IMG/VR virus record: IMGVR_UViG_3300048586_000912
Span: 1-58,246 of that record
Source of the DNA: a virus
Taxonomy: Duplodnaviria; Caudoviricetes
Reading direction: 5' to 3' (one strand)
Length of the DNA: 58,246 bases
Shown: positions 9,650-19,204 of the stretch, in pieces
How the letters are laid out: every line of letters begins with the position of its first letter
How positions within the stretch are numbered: position 1 is the first letter of the stretch
Notes under the pieces: generated by a model
What the model saw: only the letters and a program-made list of their open reading frames with translations
Told to the model about the DNA's origin: nothing
Database searches by the model: none
Position numbers and translations under genes: made by a program

Positions 9650-10242
9650 CAGCGATAAGCCTTGCGCAGTTCGGACGGCAGGGCATCCACCGCCGCCTTC
9701 AGAACACGCTCGCCATCCTTGCCGCGCAAAGCGCGCAGGAGATCGGCGGGCTCGGCCGTGAGCGCCCAGGCGAGGTCGAAGGCCGAGGGCAGCAGGCCCG
9801 CGACAAGATCGAGCTTGAGCCCGAGATGGGGTTCCGGGATCGCGATGGCGCGCACCTCGCGCGCGCCATAGCGGAACGGATGGTCGAGGATCACCTCGCG
9901 CTTGGGCGGGATGAGATAGGCAATCTCCGGCGCGGGCGGCACCGGCGCCGGGTCTTCGCCGGCATCCTCCGGCGCGGCGGGCACCTCCCCCTCCCCTTCC
10001 ACCGGCGCAGCGCTGGCGAAGCCGGCAGAACGGGCCGCCTCCAGCGCGCGGCCGCGATCCATGGGGAACGGGTGGAGATCGGCCGGATCGACCGGGCCGC
10101 CACCCCAGATGTCGCGGGCGAAGGCCAGATCTTCCTCGGCGCCGTTCGCCACGGCGGGCGTGCCGCCCGCCTGCTCGGGAGTCTTGCTGGCGCCGTTCGC
10201 CACGGCGGGCGTGCCGCCCGCCTGCTCGGGCGCACTAGCCAT
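9649..10242 (-). CDS. Tail assembly chaperone with two in-frame repeat insertions
   Basis: Between tube and tape measure genes; PEQAGGTPAVANGA occurs twice. Confidence 0.7.
   Translation of the reverse strand: MASAPEQAGGTPAVANGASKTPEQAGGTPAVANGAEEDLAFARDIWGGGPVDPADLHPFPMDRGRALEAARSAGFASAAPVEGEGEVPAAPEDAGEDPAPVPPAPEIAYLIPPKREVILDHPFRYGAREVRAIAIPEPHLGLKLDLVAGLLPSAFDLAWALTAEPADLLRALRGKDGERVLKAAVDALPSELRKAYR
10138..10230 (-). repeat. Two copies of the 42-bp CCCGAGCAG-hairpin-GCGAA element (51-bp period)
   Basis: Identical 42-mers at 10138-10179 and 10189-10230. Confidence 0.9.
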
Positions 10243-10780
10243 TGGGGAGCGCCAGCGCGCGGTTGAAGGCGGCGCCCTGGTCGACGCCGCCGACCTTCCA
10301 GCCGCCGGTGAAGAAGTCCCACTCCTTCAGCGGCTCGGTGCGGCCTTCCCACCATTCCTCGAAGTGCATGATCTCATTGAGCGCGTAGTTCGCGCCCATG
10401 GCCGAGCCCTTCTCGAACTGGTCTTCCTCGATGGAGCCGAGGCGCGCCTCGATGATCAGCTTGCGCTGGATGATCTTGCCGGACTGCAGGTCGCGGAAGG
10501 CGTTGTAGCCGGTGTAGATGTGCCGGTCGATGGAGCCGAGGCCGAACAGGCCCACCATGTCCGGATCGGTGCCGAAGAAGGCGAAGGTCGCGCCGAACTT
10601 CTCGATGCCCACCGCGAACTCGGTCGCCACCATGGCGCCGCCTGCCCGGTGATCCACCATGGTCTCGCGGAAGGCTTCGAGCTTGAAGTTCTTGATGACC
10701 AGGTGCTTCGACTTGTCCGGCTCGTGATCCCCGCAATAGAGGTTCACGCCCTCCCAATGATAGATGGTATTGCGCGCCAT
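10235..10780 (-). CDS. Major tail tube protein (FII-like)
   Basis: Follows the sheath; DHRAGG...IEK, and WDFFTGGWKVGGVDQ. Confidence 0.88.
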   Translation of the reverse strand: MARNTIYHWEGVNLYCGDHEPDKSKHLVIKNFKLEAFRETMVDHRAGGAMVATEFAVGIEKFGATFAFFGTDPDMVGLFGLGSIDRHIYTGYNAFRDLQSGKIIQRKLIIEARLGSIEEDQFEKGSAMGANYALNEIMHFEEWWEGRTEPLKEWDFFTGGWKVGGVDQGAAFNRALALPNG

Positions 10781-10811
10781 AGGTTTTCTCCTTTGTCCCG
10801 GTCACTCGACG

Positions 10812-10877
10812 CCGCGGGCGCCAGCCCGCCCCGCGCCGGAGACGGCGGGTTGGCGGGCGGCGCCGTCTCCGGCGCGG
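10812..10877. repeat. Conserved-loop hairpin, copy 2
   Basis: Perfect 17-bp stem over 10831-10877; loop CCGCCCGCCAACC on the minus strand. Confidence 0.85.
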
Positions 10878-10881
10878 AAAA

Positions 10882-12159
10882 TCAAACGCCCAGGCGCGTC
10901 AGCGCCTCGGCGAGGTCTTTCACGAACACCTCGACGGCGGCGCGGTTGGGGGTGGTGCGCAGGTGCGCGCGGCGCCAGACGGAGGGGATTTCGTAGACCG
11001 GATCGAGGGTGATGCGGCCCTCGCGGATCTCGTCGACGCCGTTCTGGTCGGGGTCGAAGCGGATGCGCGAGCCCTTGTAGAGGTGGCTGTCCGCCTCCAG
11101 CATGCGCAGGCGCTTGTTGAGCTGGTTGACGCAGGCCTGCACCGCCTGAAGCGTCACGTTGCTGCGGCCGAGATAGTTGCGGATGGTCTTGAGCTCGGAC
11201 AGCCAGATCCAGTCATTGCCGCGGGTCTGGTGATAGAACGGCCAGGTGAGCGTCGTGTCCGCATGGTCGGTACCGATGAACACGAAGCCGGCATCCGCAA
11301 TGGCATCGTCCACGCCCATCTCGCCGCGCTCGACGATGCCGATGCCGGCGGCGAGCAGGTCCTGCCCCTCATTGGCGCCGTCCACCAGCGAGAAGGAATG
11401 GTCCCAGCCCGGCGCCACGATTCCCGCCACGGGGCGGTTGGCGAAGGAATGGAACGGCATGCCGTCGTGCTCGTGGTCGACGCGCACGCCGAGGCCGAGC
11501 ACGCGCGGCGCCAGGGGGCGCTCCAGCGTCTCGCCCGCGCCGCCGCGCACCTTCACGCCCCCCACCACCGGGATCAGGCGCTTGGAGGAGAAGGTCTCGC
11601 GCCAGGTGATGGCGTCTTCCACCGAGCCCTTCGGCCCTTCCACCACGGAGACGGCAAACAAGTGGTCGAGCACGCTCGGCAGCTCGGCCACCACCACATT
11701 GGCCTCGTCCTCGCCGAGCAGCTGGTGGGTATAGCCCGGCACGCACACCATGCGCGGCGTGTAGCCGATCTGCGAGGCGGCGCCCTTGAGCGCGTGCAGC
11801 CCGGTCATGGCGGTGCTGTCGCCGGCGATGGCGAGCAAATCGGCCTCCAGCCGGTCCTGCGCGTCCTCTTCGGTCGAGTGCGGCGTGCGCACGATGCAGA
11901 CCTTGGCCGCGCGCTGGAACTCGCCGAGCTGGTCGTTGATGCCCTCCACCGCGTCGCGCAGCCAACCCTGGGTGCCGAGATTGGCGAGGGTGTTGGCGTC
12001 ATTGGAATAGACGGCCACCGGCTCGTTGGCCGGGAACGCCGCCGCGTCCGCGGCCGGCGCGGGGCCGACGAGGGCGATGGTGGAGAAGTCGCCACCGGCG
12101 ACGGAGCGGTATTCGTCGTTGCGCTGCTCGAACGTGACGCCGAAGGTCGGTTCGGTCAT
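10882..12159 (-). CDS. Tail sheath protein (FI-like)
   Basis: TGLHAL...GYTPRMVCVPGY and PFHSFANRPVAGIV motifs. Confidence 0.92.
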   Translation of the reverse strand: MTEPTFGVTFEQRNDEYRSVAGGDFSTIALVGPAPAADAAAFPANEPVAVYSNDANTLANLGTQGWLRDAVEGINDQLGEFQRAAKVCIVRTPHSTEEDAQDRLEADLLAIAGDSTAMTGLHALKGAASQIGYTPRMVCVPGYTHQLLGEDEANVVVAELPSVLDHLFAVSVVEGPKGSVEDAITWRETFSSKRLIPVVGGVKVRGGAGETLERPLAPRVLGLGVRVDHEHDGMPFHSFANRPVAGIVAPGWDHSFSLVDGANEGQDLLAAGIGIVERGEMGVDDAIADAGFVFIGTDHADTTLTWPFYHQTRGNDWIWLSELKTIRNYLGRSNVTLQAVQACVNQLNKRLRMLEADSHLYKGSRIRFDPDQNGVDEIREGRITLDPVYEIPSVWRRAHLRTTPNRAAVEVFVKDLAEALTRLGV

Positions 12160-12235
12160 GTCAGCCTCCAGGGAAGATGTGGGCGCCGGCGGCGCCGAGA
12201 GAGGGAATTCCGCCTAGGCGGGGATTCTTGTGGGC

Positions 12236-12377
12236 GCCATTCGCTACGGCAGCGCTGCGCGCCGCCTGCTCGGGCATGTTGCCGGAGCCATTCGCTACGG
12301 CAGCGCTGCGCGCCGCCTGCTCGGGCATGTTGCCGGAGCCATTCGCTACGGCAGCGCTGCGCGCCGCCTGCTCGGGC
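12236..12377 (-). repeat. Tandem array, ~2.8 x 51 bp, of the CCCGAGCAG-hairpin-GCGAA element
   Basis: Identical units start at 12236, 12287 and 12338. Confidence 0.92.
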
Positions 12378-12387
12378 TCACTCGGGC

Positions 12388-12723
12388 TCAGAGCGTTGCC
12401 GCCAGCCGGAAGAGGTCGTCGATCTCGCCCGGCGCGAGGCCGAAGGCGGCGCCGATCTCGGCCACGAAGGGGTCGGCGCGCCGCCAGACGGGATTGGCGC
12501 TGAGGATGCGGGCGCGCTCGCGCGCCAGCGGGTCCTCCATGGCGTCGATGGCGGCGCCGATCTGCGCCTCGGTGATGGGCGTCTCGCCGCCTTCGAGGAG
12601 CGCGAGCAGAGCCTGCGTGCGCGTGACCTGCACGGGCACCAGTCCCGCTGCGCTCTCGGCATTCCAGGCGGCCTGCTCGGCGTCGGAGAGGTCCGTCAGG
12701 ACGCCATTGATGAGGGCCTGCAT
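12388..12723 (-). CDS. Tail fibre assembly-like protein
   Basis: Starts MQALING; VPVQVTRTQALLAL, ends EIDDLFRLAATL; coupled to the fibre gene. Confidence 0.7.
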   Translation of the reverse strand: MQALINGVLTDLSDAEQAAWNAESAAGLVPVQVTRTQALLALLEGGETPITEAQIGAAIDAMEDPLARERARILSANPVWRRADPFVAEIGAAFGLAPGEIDDLFRLAATL

Positions 12724-14033
12724 CAGAACTTCACCCCATAGGTGGTGATCCGGCCGGCATCGATGAAGCTGGAGCCGGCGAACGCGATGCGGATGCGGTC
12801 CACATCGGCGAAGCTGCGCTGCGCAAGGGCGTTGACGGCGTGGAGCCCCCTTTTGGTCCACTGCACCGTGCCGGAGACGATGTCGGAAGCCGCGTAGGCG
12901 CCGGCATCCGCGAGGGTTTCGCGGGAGGTGGAGGGAGACCGTAGCGTGACGTTGATGGCGGCCGTCGTGGCGCCGAAGCGCGAGACCCCCTCCAGCACCG
13001 TCACGGCATAGCAATAGGTCGAAAAGTCCACGGCCTGCTCGACATAGCCCACATTGCTGGTGACCACGTCGTCATGCAGCTTCACGACGGTTGGGCCGCC
13101 GGGGTTGACCTCCACCCACGCACCCCACGTGCCGCTGAGCAAGGACCGCACATATTCGCGGCCATCGGTGAAGCTGATGGCCCGCTGGGTGCGCCAGTCC
13201 CCGGGATTGGCGCTGTGGGCCTGGCACTGCACCCAGAACCAGCCGGCGCCGGGGCCGTTGACGGGGTTCGAGACGTCATACCAGCCGCTGTCCACCAAGG
13301 CGTCGAGATCGGCCTCGGCGCCGAGGGCGAAAGACTTCTGGAACCGCAGCGTCTCGAACTGCGGGCTGCCGCCGGTGAGCGGCGCCTTCTGCGCCACGAT
13401 GGCCGTGAGCGCGTCGAGCGCCGCCGCGGACGCCGCCGCGAGGGTGGTGCGCGCCGCCGCCGCGTCGGTGAGGTCGGAAAGGTTGGCGGACTTCGAGAGC
13501 TTGCCGGCGATGGACGCGGTCAGCGCCGCCACGGTGCCGGCATTGTTGCCCAAGGCCGCGGCGAGCTCGGCGATGGTGTCGAGCGTGCCGGGCGCGCCGC
13601 CCACCAGATCGTCGATGGCGGCGCCGATCATGGTGCCGACGGACGCCGCGTCGGGCTTGGCGTTCCACGCCGCCTGCTCGGCGGGGGTGAGGAACAGGCG
13701 GCTGCCGGTCTCGCTCACCACGTCGGCGGAGATGCCCTCGGCCGCAAGGGTCGCGAGGATACCGGCGATCTGGACCGCGAGGGCCTCGGCCTCCGCCTTG
13801 AGATTGGCGATCTCGGCCTGCTTTGCGTGGGCGTCGGCGATCGCCGGGCCGATGCCCTCGTCGATCAAGGTGAGCGAGCGCTGCAGCGCCTGGTCGGCCA
13901 CGCGGTCGAGCGCGCCGATCCGGCCCTGCATGTCCGCCAGCTCGCCGCCGAGGTGGCGCACGAAGGCGTCCCATTTCTCCGGCGAGAGCGCGCGCATGCG
14001 CGCCGCCAGGAAGCGGTCGATGGCGCCGGACAT
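12723..14033 (-). CDS. Tail fibre protein
   Basis: APGTLDTIAELAAALGNN and NLSDLTDAAAART fibre motifs; knob-like DLDALVDSGWY segment. Confidence 0.8.
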   Translation of the reverse strand: MSGAIDRFLAARMRALSPEKWDAFVRHLGGELADMQGRIGALDRVADQALQRSLTLIDEGIGPAIADAHAKQAEIANLKAEAEALAVQIAGILATLAAEGISADVVSETGSRLFLTPAEQAAWNAKPDAASVGTMIGAAIDDLVGGAPGTLDTIAELAAALGNNAGTVAALTASIAGKLSKSANLSDLTDAAAARTTLAAASAAALDALTAIVAQKAPLTGGSPQFETLRFQKSFALGAEADLDALVDSGWYDVSNPVNGPGAGWFWVQCQAHSANPGDWRTQRAISFTDGREYVRSLLSGTWGAWVEVNPGGPTVVKLHDDVVTSNVGYVEQAVDFSTYCYAVTVLEGVSRFGATTAAINVTLRSPSTSRETLADAGAYAASDIVSGTVQWTKRGLHAVNALAQRSFADVDRIRIAFAGSSFIDAGRITTYGVKF

Positions 14034-14034
14034 G

Positions 14035-14253
14035 TCAGACGGCGATCCGCTCGAAGGCCGTAACCGCGCCGGGCGCGTCGGCGGCGAGGCGCTGGATTAC
14101 GTCGCCGCGCAGGCGCACCGGCGCGCCGGGCCGCACGAGAGTGCGGCCGACGGGCACGGCGCGCGAAAGCGTCACGTCATAGAGCGCCGCGGGATCGATG
14201 TCGGCGGTCGCGGCGGCGCGCGCGGGCGCCGCCTTGGGGCTACGGGGAGGCAT
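14035..14253 (-). CDS. Hypothetical tail-module protein
   Basis: 72-aa ORF with SD, packed between tail genes. Confidence 0.6.
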   Translation of the reverse strand: MPPRSPKAAPARAAATADIDPAALYDVTLSRAVPVGRTLVRPGAPVRLRGDVIQRLAADAPGAVTAFERIAV

Positions 14254-14265
14254 CAGCGCTGCTCC

Positions 14266-16539
14266 TCAGCTCGGGAAGGCGATGTCGGTGGCCTCGGCCA
14301 CATGGAAGACGGAGAGCGCCGACGCCGTGGTGAGCGTGATCTTGCGCTTGTAGGTGTCGTCGGGCGTGAGGCCCGAGAAGGTCCAGGTGCGGCGCGTGGT
14401 GCCGCCCGGCAGCACCTTGTCCACGGTCGCCGTGGGCGAGACCGGCGTCGCATAGCCGGCGCCGGTGAGCAGCTGCGCGCCGCAATCGTGCACGGCGTCG
14501 TCGAAATGCTCCAGCAGCGCCACCACGTGCACCTCGTCCACATCCACCGGGGTCGTCCGGGCGGCGGAGATGTGCGTGCCCGTGGTGCGCGGGCGCGTGA
14601 GCGTGACCTTGGAGGGGCCGAGCCAGATGCCGGGCATCACGTCCGTGGTGCCCACCAGCACCATGCGCGCCTGCACCTGCGCCGGCAGGCCATAGAGCGG
14701 ATGGTTGCCGGCGCCCACCTCGCCGATGGGGTACCAGGTGCCCGAGTGGCGCACCTCGAAGATGATGCCGGCAGGGTCGCGCGCCACCATGTCGAGGTTC
14801 ATGTCCACCGCCTCGATGCCGCCGGAGAGGTTCCAGGGATCGAGGGAGATTTCCAGGCGCGGGGCATCGAACTGCGCCATCAGCACCTGCATGCAGGCAT
14901 CGCGCGTGATGTCGCCCTGGAACCAGGCGCCGTCGGTGGAGGCGAAGAAGGAGCCCTGGCCGTACTTGTTGCCCTCGGTCATGGCGAGCCAGTGATTGCC
15001 GCCGGTGACCACGTGCACCGCCACGCGCTCGCCCGCCTCCACATAGGTGGGCGGCAGCGCGATGTCGGTGATCTCCGGATAGAGCTTGAGGCTCGCGCGC
15101 GGCACCAGCACGGTGGCGAGCGCGTTCTTCGGGTCCGGCGCCGCATTGGCGGTGCAGCGGGAAAGGATGATGCGCACGTCGCCGGCGCTGTCGAGGCGCG
15201 AGAAGCCGAGCCGCACCTTGGTCATCCAGCCCGCGCGCGGGGCGAGGAAGGTCTGCGCGTTCACCGTGCCCACATAGGAGGCATCGGTGGTGACCGCGTC
15301 CCAATAGACCTCCTCGTAATCGTCCTTCCAGAAGCGCTCCACCCGCACGAAGCCGAGCCGCAGCATGAAGGCGTCGGGTGCGGAGACCTCCCAGGTCTCG
15401 CCCGCGCGGCGGAAGATGTGGGTGGCGGGGTCGTAGCGGCCGGTGCGCCACCAGATGGAGTTGATGGAGACGAGGAAGGACTGGCCCCAGCGGATGCGGG
15501 TGCGGGCCACCGTGCGCTGCGTGTATTCGGTGGTCTGCGAGCCGGCATTGGAGAGCGCCACCTCGCTGTCCTTGCCGAGGTTGGAGATCACCGGCACCTC
15601 GGCATAGGCCGGCAGCAGCAGGCCGCCGGGATGGATCACGAAGCGCGTGTCGGCCGGGTTGGCGAGCACCGGCGAGAAGGTAGACGCGTTCTCGTCGGAG
15701 AAGCGCAGGCCCTCCTCCACCTTGGCCTGATAGGTGAGGTGCGCGGTGTCGCTGTCATCCTCGGTGAGGAAGAAGTCGGTGACCGAGAAGGCCGCGTCGG
15801 GGGCGATGCCCTCGGCCTCGTTGAGGCGCGCGGTCTGCTCCAGCAGATAGGAGATGACGCCGCGGTCGGCCTTGCCGCGCCCCTCGGCCATGAGCTTGGC
15901 GACGTCGGACTTGAGGCCGTCGATCACCGGCGCGGTGCGCGCCTGCCACTCCTCCAGCAGCACCAGGCGGCCGTTGACCTCGATGAGCTGCGGCAGGCGG
16001 TTGGCGCTCACCTGGCTGACGCTCTCGATGCCGGTGGGGGTCAGCACCACATGGGCGATGATGGTGTGCTCGGCCGGCACCGCGGGCGGCGCCGGATCCA
16101 CCGCCGCCGCGCCGGCGATGGCGTTGACCTGCGCATAGCGGTTGGAGCGGGTGGCCGTGGGCTGCGCCTCGGTGGCGCGGGTCACCGGATTGGTCAGGAA
16201 GTCGCGCTCGGCCACCTGGTCGGAGATTTCCGAGCCGGTGAGCGAGAGCGCCACCACGCGCTTGAAGCCCGAGGCCGGCAGCGAGCCGAGCAGGTCCATC
16301 TCCACGCCGTCATCGGTGCGGTTCACGTACCAGCGGCCGTCGCGGATGAGGAAGACGGGCGTATCCACCAGCACCTTGGTGGTGGAGAGGATGGAGACGC
16401 CGCCGCCGGAATATTTCGCCGCCGAGCCGATGGCGTGCTCGGTCAGCGCGTCGAAGCTGGCGCGCGGATAGAGGCCGAGATTGTTGAAGTCCTCCGCCGT
16501 GACCTTCTGGCGGGAGGCGATCTTGACGGCGTCGAGCAT
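14266..16539 (-). CDS. Large baseplate/tail structural protein
   Basis: 757-aa beta-rich protein after the gpI-like gene. Confidence 0.7.
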   Translation of the reverse strand: MLDAVKIASRQKVTAEDFNNLGLYPRASFDALTEHAIGSAAKYSGGGVSILSTTKVLVDTPVFLIRDGRWYVNRTDDGVEMDLLGSLPASGFKRVVALSLTGSEISDQVAERDFLTNPVTRATEAQPTATRSNRYAQVNAIAGAAAVDPAPPAVPAEHTIIAHVVLTPTGIESVSQVSANRLPQLIEVNGRLVLLEEWQARTAPVIDGLKSDVAKLMAEGRGKADRGVISYLLEQTARLNEAEGIAPDAAFSVTDFFLTEDDSDTAHLTYQAKVEEGLRFSDENASTFSPVLANPADTRFVIHPGGLLLPAYAEVPVISNLGKDSEVALSNAGSQTTEYTQRTVARTRIRWGQSFLVSINSIWWRTGRYDPATHIFRRAGETWEVSAPDAFMLRLGFVRVERFWKDDYEEVYWDAVTTDASYVGTVNAQTFLAPRAGWMTKVRLGFSRLDSAGDVRIILSRCTANAAPDPKNALATVLVPRASLKLYPEITDIALPPTYVEAGERVAVHVVTGGNHWLAMTEGNKYGQGSFFASTDGAWFQGDITRDACMQVLMAQFDAPRLEISLDPWNLSGGIEAVDMNLDMVARDPAGIIFEVRHSGTWYPIGEVGAGNHPLYGLPAQVQARMVLVGTTDVMPGIWLGPSKVTLTRPRTTGTHISAARTTPVDVDEVHVVALLEHFDDAVHDCGAQLLTGAGYATPVSPTATVDKVLPGGTTRRTWTFSGLTPDDTYKRKITLTTASALSVFHVAEATDIAFPS

Positions 16540-16548
16540 GGGGTGGCC

Positions 16549-17805
16549 TCAGTCGTAGATGGGCACGAGCGTGCCGAGGGCCAGGCCGGCACCGAAGGCC
16601 GGCGCGTCCTGGAACTCGACCTCGCGCAGGGTGCGGGTGGTGAAGCGCAGGTCGTCGCGATGGGATTTCGCCACCGTGATGGCCTCGGCGATGCGGTCCA
16701 TGGTGCCGAGGATGGGCAGCGCCGCCATGTCGTCGGCGAAGGCGCCGCCGGCAAAAGCGGAAAGCGGGGTGTCCTCGCCCGGCGCGCGGATGCGCAGTTC
16801 GGCATAGAAGGGCGGCAGGTCCACCACCGTGAAGTCGGCGAAGGCGCCGTCGTCCTGGCCCGCCACCGCGCGCGTGCGGGTGGGATCGAACAGGTGATAG
16901 CGGTCGAACAGGCGCAGCGACGCGTCCTTGTGGTCGGCGAAGCCGAAATCCGCGAAGGCGTCATCCGCATGGATCACGTCGAGGCCGGCGATGCCGCCGG
17001 TCGAGACGCGTTCCGGCACCACGGAGATGAGGTCCAGCGGCACGCCGTCGGCGACTACCACCGGCTGCGGCGAGAGCGGCACAAAGGAGCGGTCGGCGGC
17101 GATGGTCAGCAGGCGCGAGGTGATGCGCGCGGCGCTCGCGAAGGCCGCGTCCGCCGCTGCGTCGCCGGCAAAGGCGCCGCCATCGTCCTCGCCGGGGATC
17201 ACCACGCCGATGAGGTCGGCATTGATGGCGTCGGCCCCGGCCCATGTGACCGGCAGGAGGCTCACAGGCGTCACCGTGCCGCCGTCATGGATCTCGCCGC
17301 GCCGGCCATAGCGCTCATGGGCGGTCGAGACGGTGGCGAAGCCGTCGTCGGCGAAACCGTCGTCGGCATAGAGGTCGGCATCGGCGGTGCCGGGCTCGGA
17401 GCGCAGATAGATGCGCAGTTCCGGAAACAGCGCCACGAAGGCGGCCCGCTCCTCCGCCGTGCGATCGGGCGCCGCGAACGCGCCCACCGGCGGGATCACA
17501 TAGGACTGGATCTCACCATCCACCAGCGAGAGCGTCAGCTCGATCGCCCGCAGCGTGCCGAGGCTGGCGCAGATTTCCGGCGCGAGGCGGGCGGCGGCGC
17601 GCTTCTTGTGCTCGGGCCAGTCGCGCACCCACAATTTGAGCCCGCGCTCCCAGGCGAGGAAGGGCACGAATTCGGAGGGCGCATCGTCCGGGCGCTTCAC
17701 GGCGTCGATGGGCACGGGCACGTCGGACAGGCGCGCCACCGCCTGCGAGAGCGTCGCCTCGAGGCTGGTGGTGGAGCGCGGCGGCAGCAGGTGGGGCGCG
17801 TTCAT
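16549..17805 (-). CDS. Tail protein I (P2 gpI family, extended)
   Basis: HLLPP...LE, PFLAWERGL..W...W, GTLRAI. Confidence 0.85.
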   Translation of the reverse strand: MNAPHLLPPRSTTSLEATLSQAVARLSDVPVPIDAVKRPDDAPSEFVPFLAWERGLKLWVRDWPEHKKRAAARLAPEICASLGTLRAIELTLSLVDGEIQSYVIPPVGAFAAPDRTAEERAAFVALFPELRIYLRSEPGTADADLYADDGFADDGFATVSTAHERYGRRGEIHDGGTVTPVSLLPVTWAGADAINADLIGVVIPGEDDGGAFAGDAAADAAFASAARITSRLLTIAADRSFVPLSPQPVVVADGVPLDLISVVPERVSTGGIAGLDVIHADDAFADFGFADHKDASLRLFDRYHLFDPTRTRAVAGQDDGAFADFTVVDLPPFYAELRIRAPGEDTPLSAFAGGAFADDMAALPILGTMDRIAEAITVAKSHRDDLRFTTRTLREVEFQDAPAFGAGLALGTLVPIYD

Positions 17806-18728
17806 GCCGGGATCGCCTGACCGGGCTGCACCATTTCGATCTCGATGGCGCTCACATGCACCGCGCCGAACGCGCCGGGATCGAGGTCGGCGGCGGGCTC
17901 CAGCACGGTGACCTTTTCCACGTCGCCCACCCGGGCGGCGGCGATGATCGCGTCGGTGCGCAGCACGCGGCCGATGGCGTGGATGGTGGACGCCAGCGCG
18001 GCGAGATTCGCGCGCGCCCTCGCTTCCACCGCGTCCGGGTCAGGCCCGCGTGGGATGTCGAGCCGCACCCGCATTGCCTGCGGCACGATGGTGGCGGAGC
18101 GCACGCGCACGTCGTCGGTGAGCGGGCGGCAGGTCTTCGGCGAGAGCGCCTCATAGACCGCGACGATGGCCGCGTTATCGGCCGTGCCGTCGCCGTCGCG
18201 GCCGAGCAGCACCACGTCCACCCGGCCCGGCGCCACGTTGAGCGCCGCGGCATCCTTGACCGAGGGGTCGGACGAGAGCGCCCAATATTCATAGGCGCCC
18301 TGCGCGCCGGCCGTGGACCAGGCATCAAGGGCGAGGTGGATGCGGCGGCGATAGGGCTCGTCCGCCTCCATGACGGCCGGCGCGGACGACGTGGCGGGGC
18401 TGAGCTCCAGGCGGGGCGTGAGCACGGCGGCGCCGAGATGGTCGAGGTCGGCGCCAGTGGCGAGCGCCAGCATGACGGCGCGGGCCTTGTCGTTGACGAG
18501 GCCGCGCAGCAGCGTCTCGCGCGTGGCCGCCACCTCCAGGATGATGACGATGGGGTCGGTCTCAAGCTCGAGGATGTCGAGCTCCGGCAGTTCCGGCCGC
18601 AAGGCGCGCAGCGCGTCCCAGCGCGCGCGCACGTCGGCCTTCATGTCGGCCAGCACCTGCTCGAAATCCAGCGCCTCGATGGCGTCCGGCGGCGGCAGGC
18701 GGGAGAGGTCGGCGGCGATGAAGCGCAT
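17802..18728 (-). CDS. Baseplate J protein
   Basis: DLSRLPPPDAIEALDFE, ATGADLDHLG, STAG..GAY, RPLTD. Confidence 0.93.
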   Translation of the reverse strand: MRFIAADLSRLPPPDAIEALDFEQVLADMKADVRARWDALRALRPELPELDILELETDPIVIILEVAATRETLLRGLVNDKARAVMLALATGADLDHLGAAVLTPRLELSPATSSAPAVMEADEPYRRRIHLALDAWSTAGAQGAYEYWALSSDPSVKDAAALNVAPGRVDVVLLGRDGDGTADNAAIVAVYEALSPKTCRPLTDDVRVRSATIVPQAMRVRLDIPRGPDPDAVEARARANLAALASTIHAIGRVLRTDAIIAAARVGDVEKVTVLEPAADLDPGAFGAVHVSAIEIEMVQPGQAIPA

Positions 18729-19126
18729 CAGGACCCCGTGACGGTGATGGTGCCGGACGCCGCCTCGGCGGCGATGGTGCGCCGGCCGGCGGGCGTCGTG
18801 TCGCCCAGATGGCCGCGCGGCAGATAGACGGCGTCGATCTCGAAACGGCCGGTGCCTTCGCGCACCTCGTCGGCATTGCCGGCGAAGCGGATGCGGGCGA
18901 TGCGCAGGCGCGGCTCCCAGAGGTCCAGCGCCGTCCAGATGGCGGTGAAGAAGCGCAGCACGCTGCGCTCGACCGCCAGTTCGCCGAGCAGCGCCGGCAC
19001 GAAGGAGCCGAACCAGCGCCGGCCCATGCGCTCGCCGAAGCCGGTGAGCAGGATCTTCTCCACGCTCTGGAGCACATGGGCCCAGCCGGCGAGCAGCTTG
19101 CCGGTGCGTGCGTCAATCCCTGCCAT
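18728..19126 (-). CDS. Baseplate W / gp25-like protein
   Basis: GIDARTGK...HVLQSV..IL.T..GER..RR.FGS, WEPR. Confidence 0.92.
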   Translation of the reverse strand: MAGIDARTGKLLAGWAHVLQSVEKILLTGFGERMGRRWFGSFVPALLGELAVERSVLRFFTAIWTALDLWEPRLRIARIRFAGNADEVREGTGRFEIDAVYLPRGHLGDTTPAGRRTIAAEAASGTITVTGS

Positions 19127-19134
19127 TTTCGTCT

Positions 19135-19197
19135 CCCGACGCGCCCGCGCGCCGCCGGCCAACCCGCGCGGGCGCGTCGGGGGCGGCTGCGCCGCGG
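19135..19197. repeat. Conserved-loop hairpin, copy 3
   Basis: Perfect 17-bp stem over 19135-19181, loop CCGCCGGCCAACC, then a small GC hairpin. Confidence 0.85.
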
Positions 19198-19204
19198 GTG
19201 AAAA

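Noticed and set aside
10812-10877. Pseudoknot between the hairpin loop and the adjacent GGCGGGC
   Set aside because: The partner abuts a 17-bp stem with no linker, which is sterically implausible
12236-12377. Possible CRISPR array
   Set aside because: Units are identical with no unique spacers, and there are no cas genes
12236-12377. HDV-like or hammerhead ribozyme (GGCAACATG, GCGAATGG words)
   Set aside because: Could not build the nested pseudoknot or find a CUGANGA/GAAA core; word similarity only
4327-16539. Diversity-generating retroelement or invertible fibre cassette
   Set aside because: No reverse transcriptase, invertase, TR/VR pair or flanking inverted repeats seen
13054-17820. 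1588-aa plus-strand ORF and similar long ORFs (10963-12741, 24196-26580, 30445-32520)
   Set aside because: Antisense shadows of clear high-GC phage genes, with no motifs and no coupled junctions
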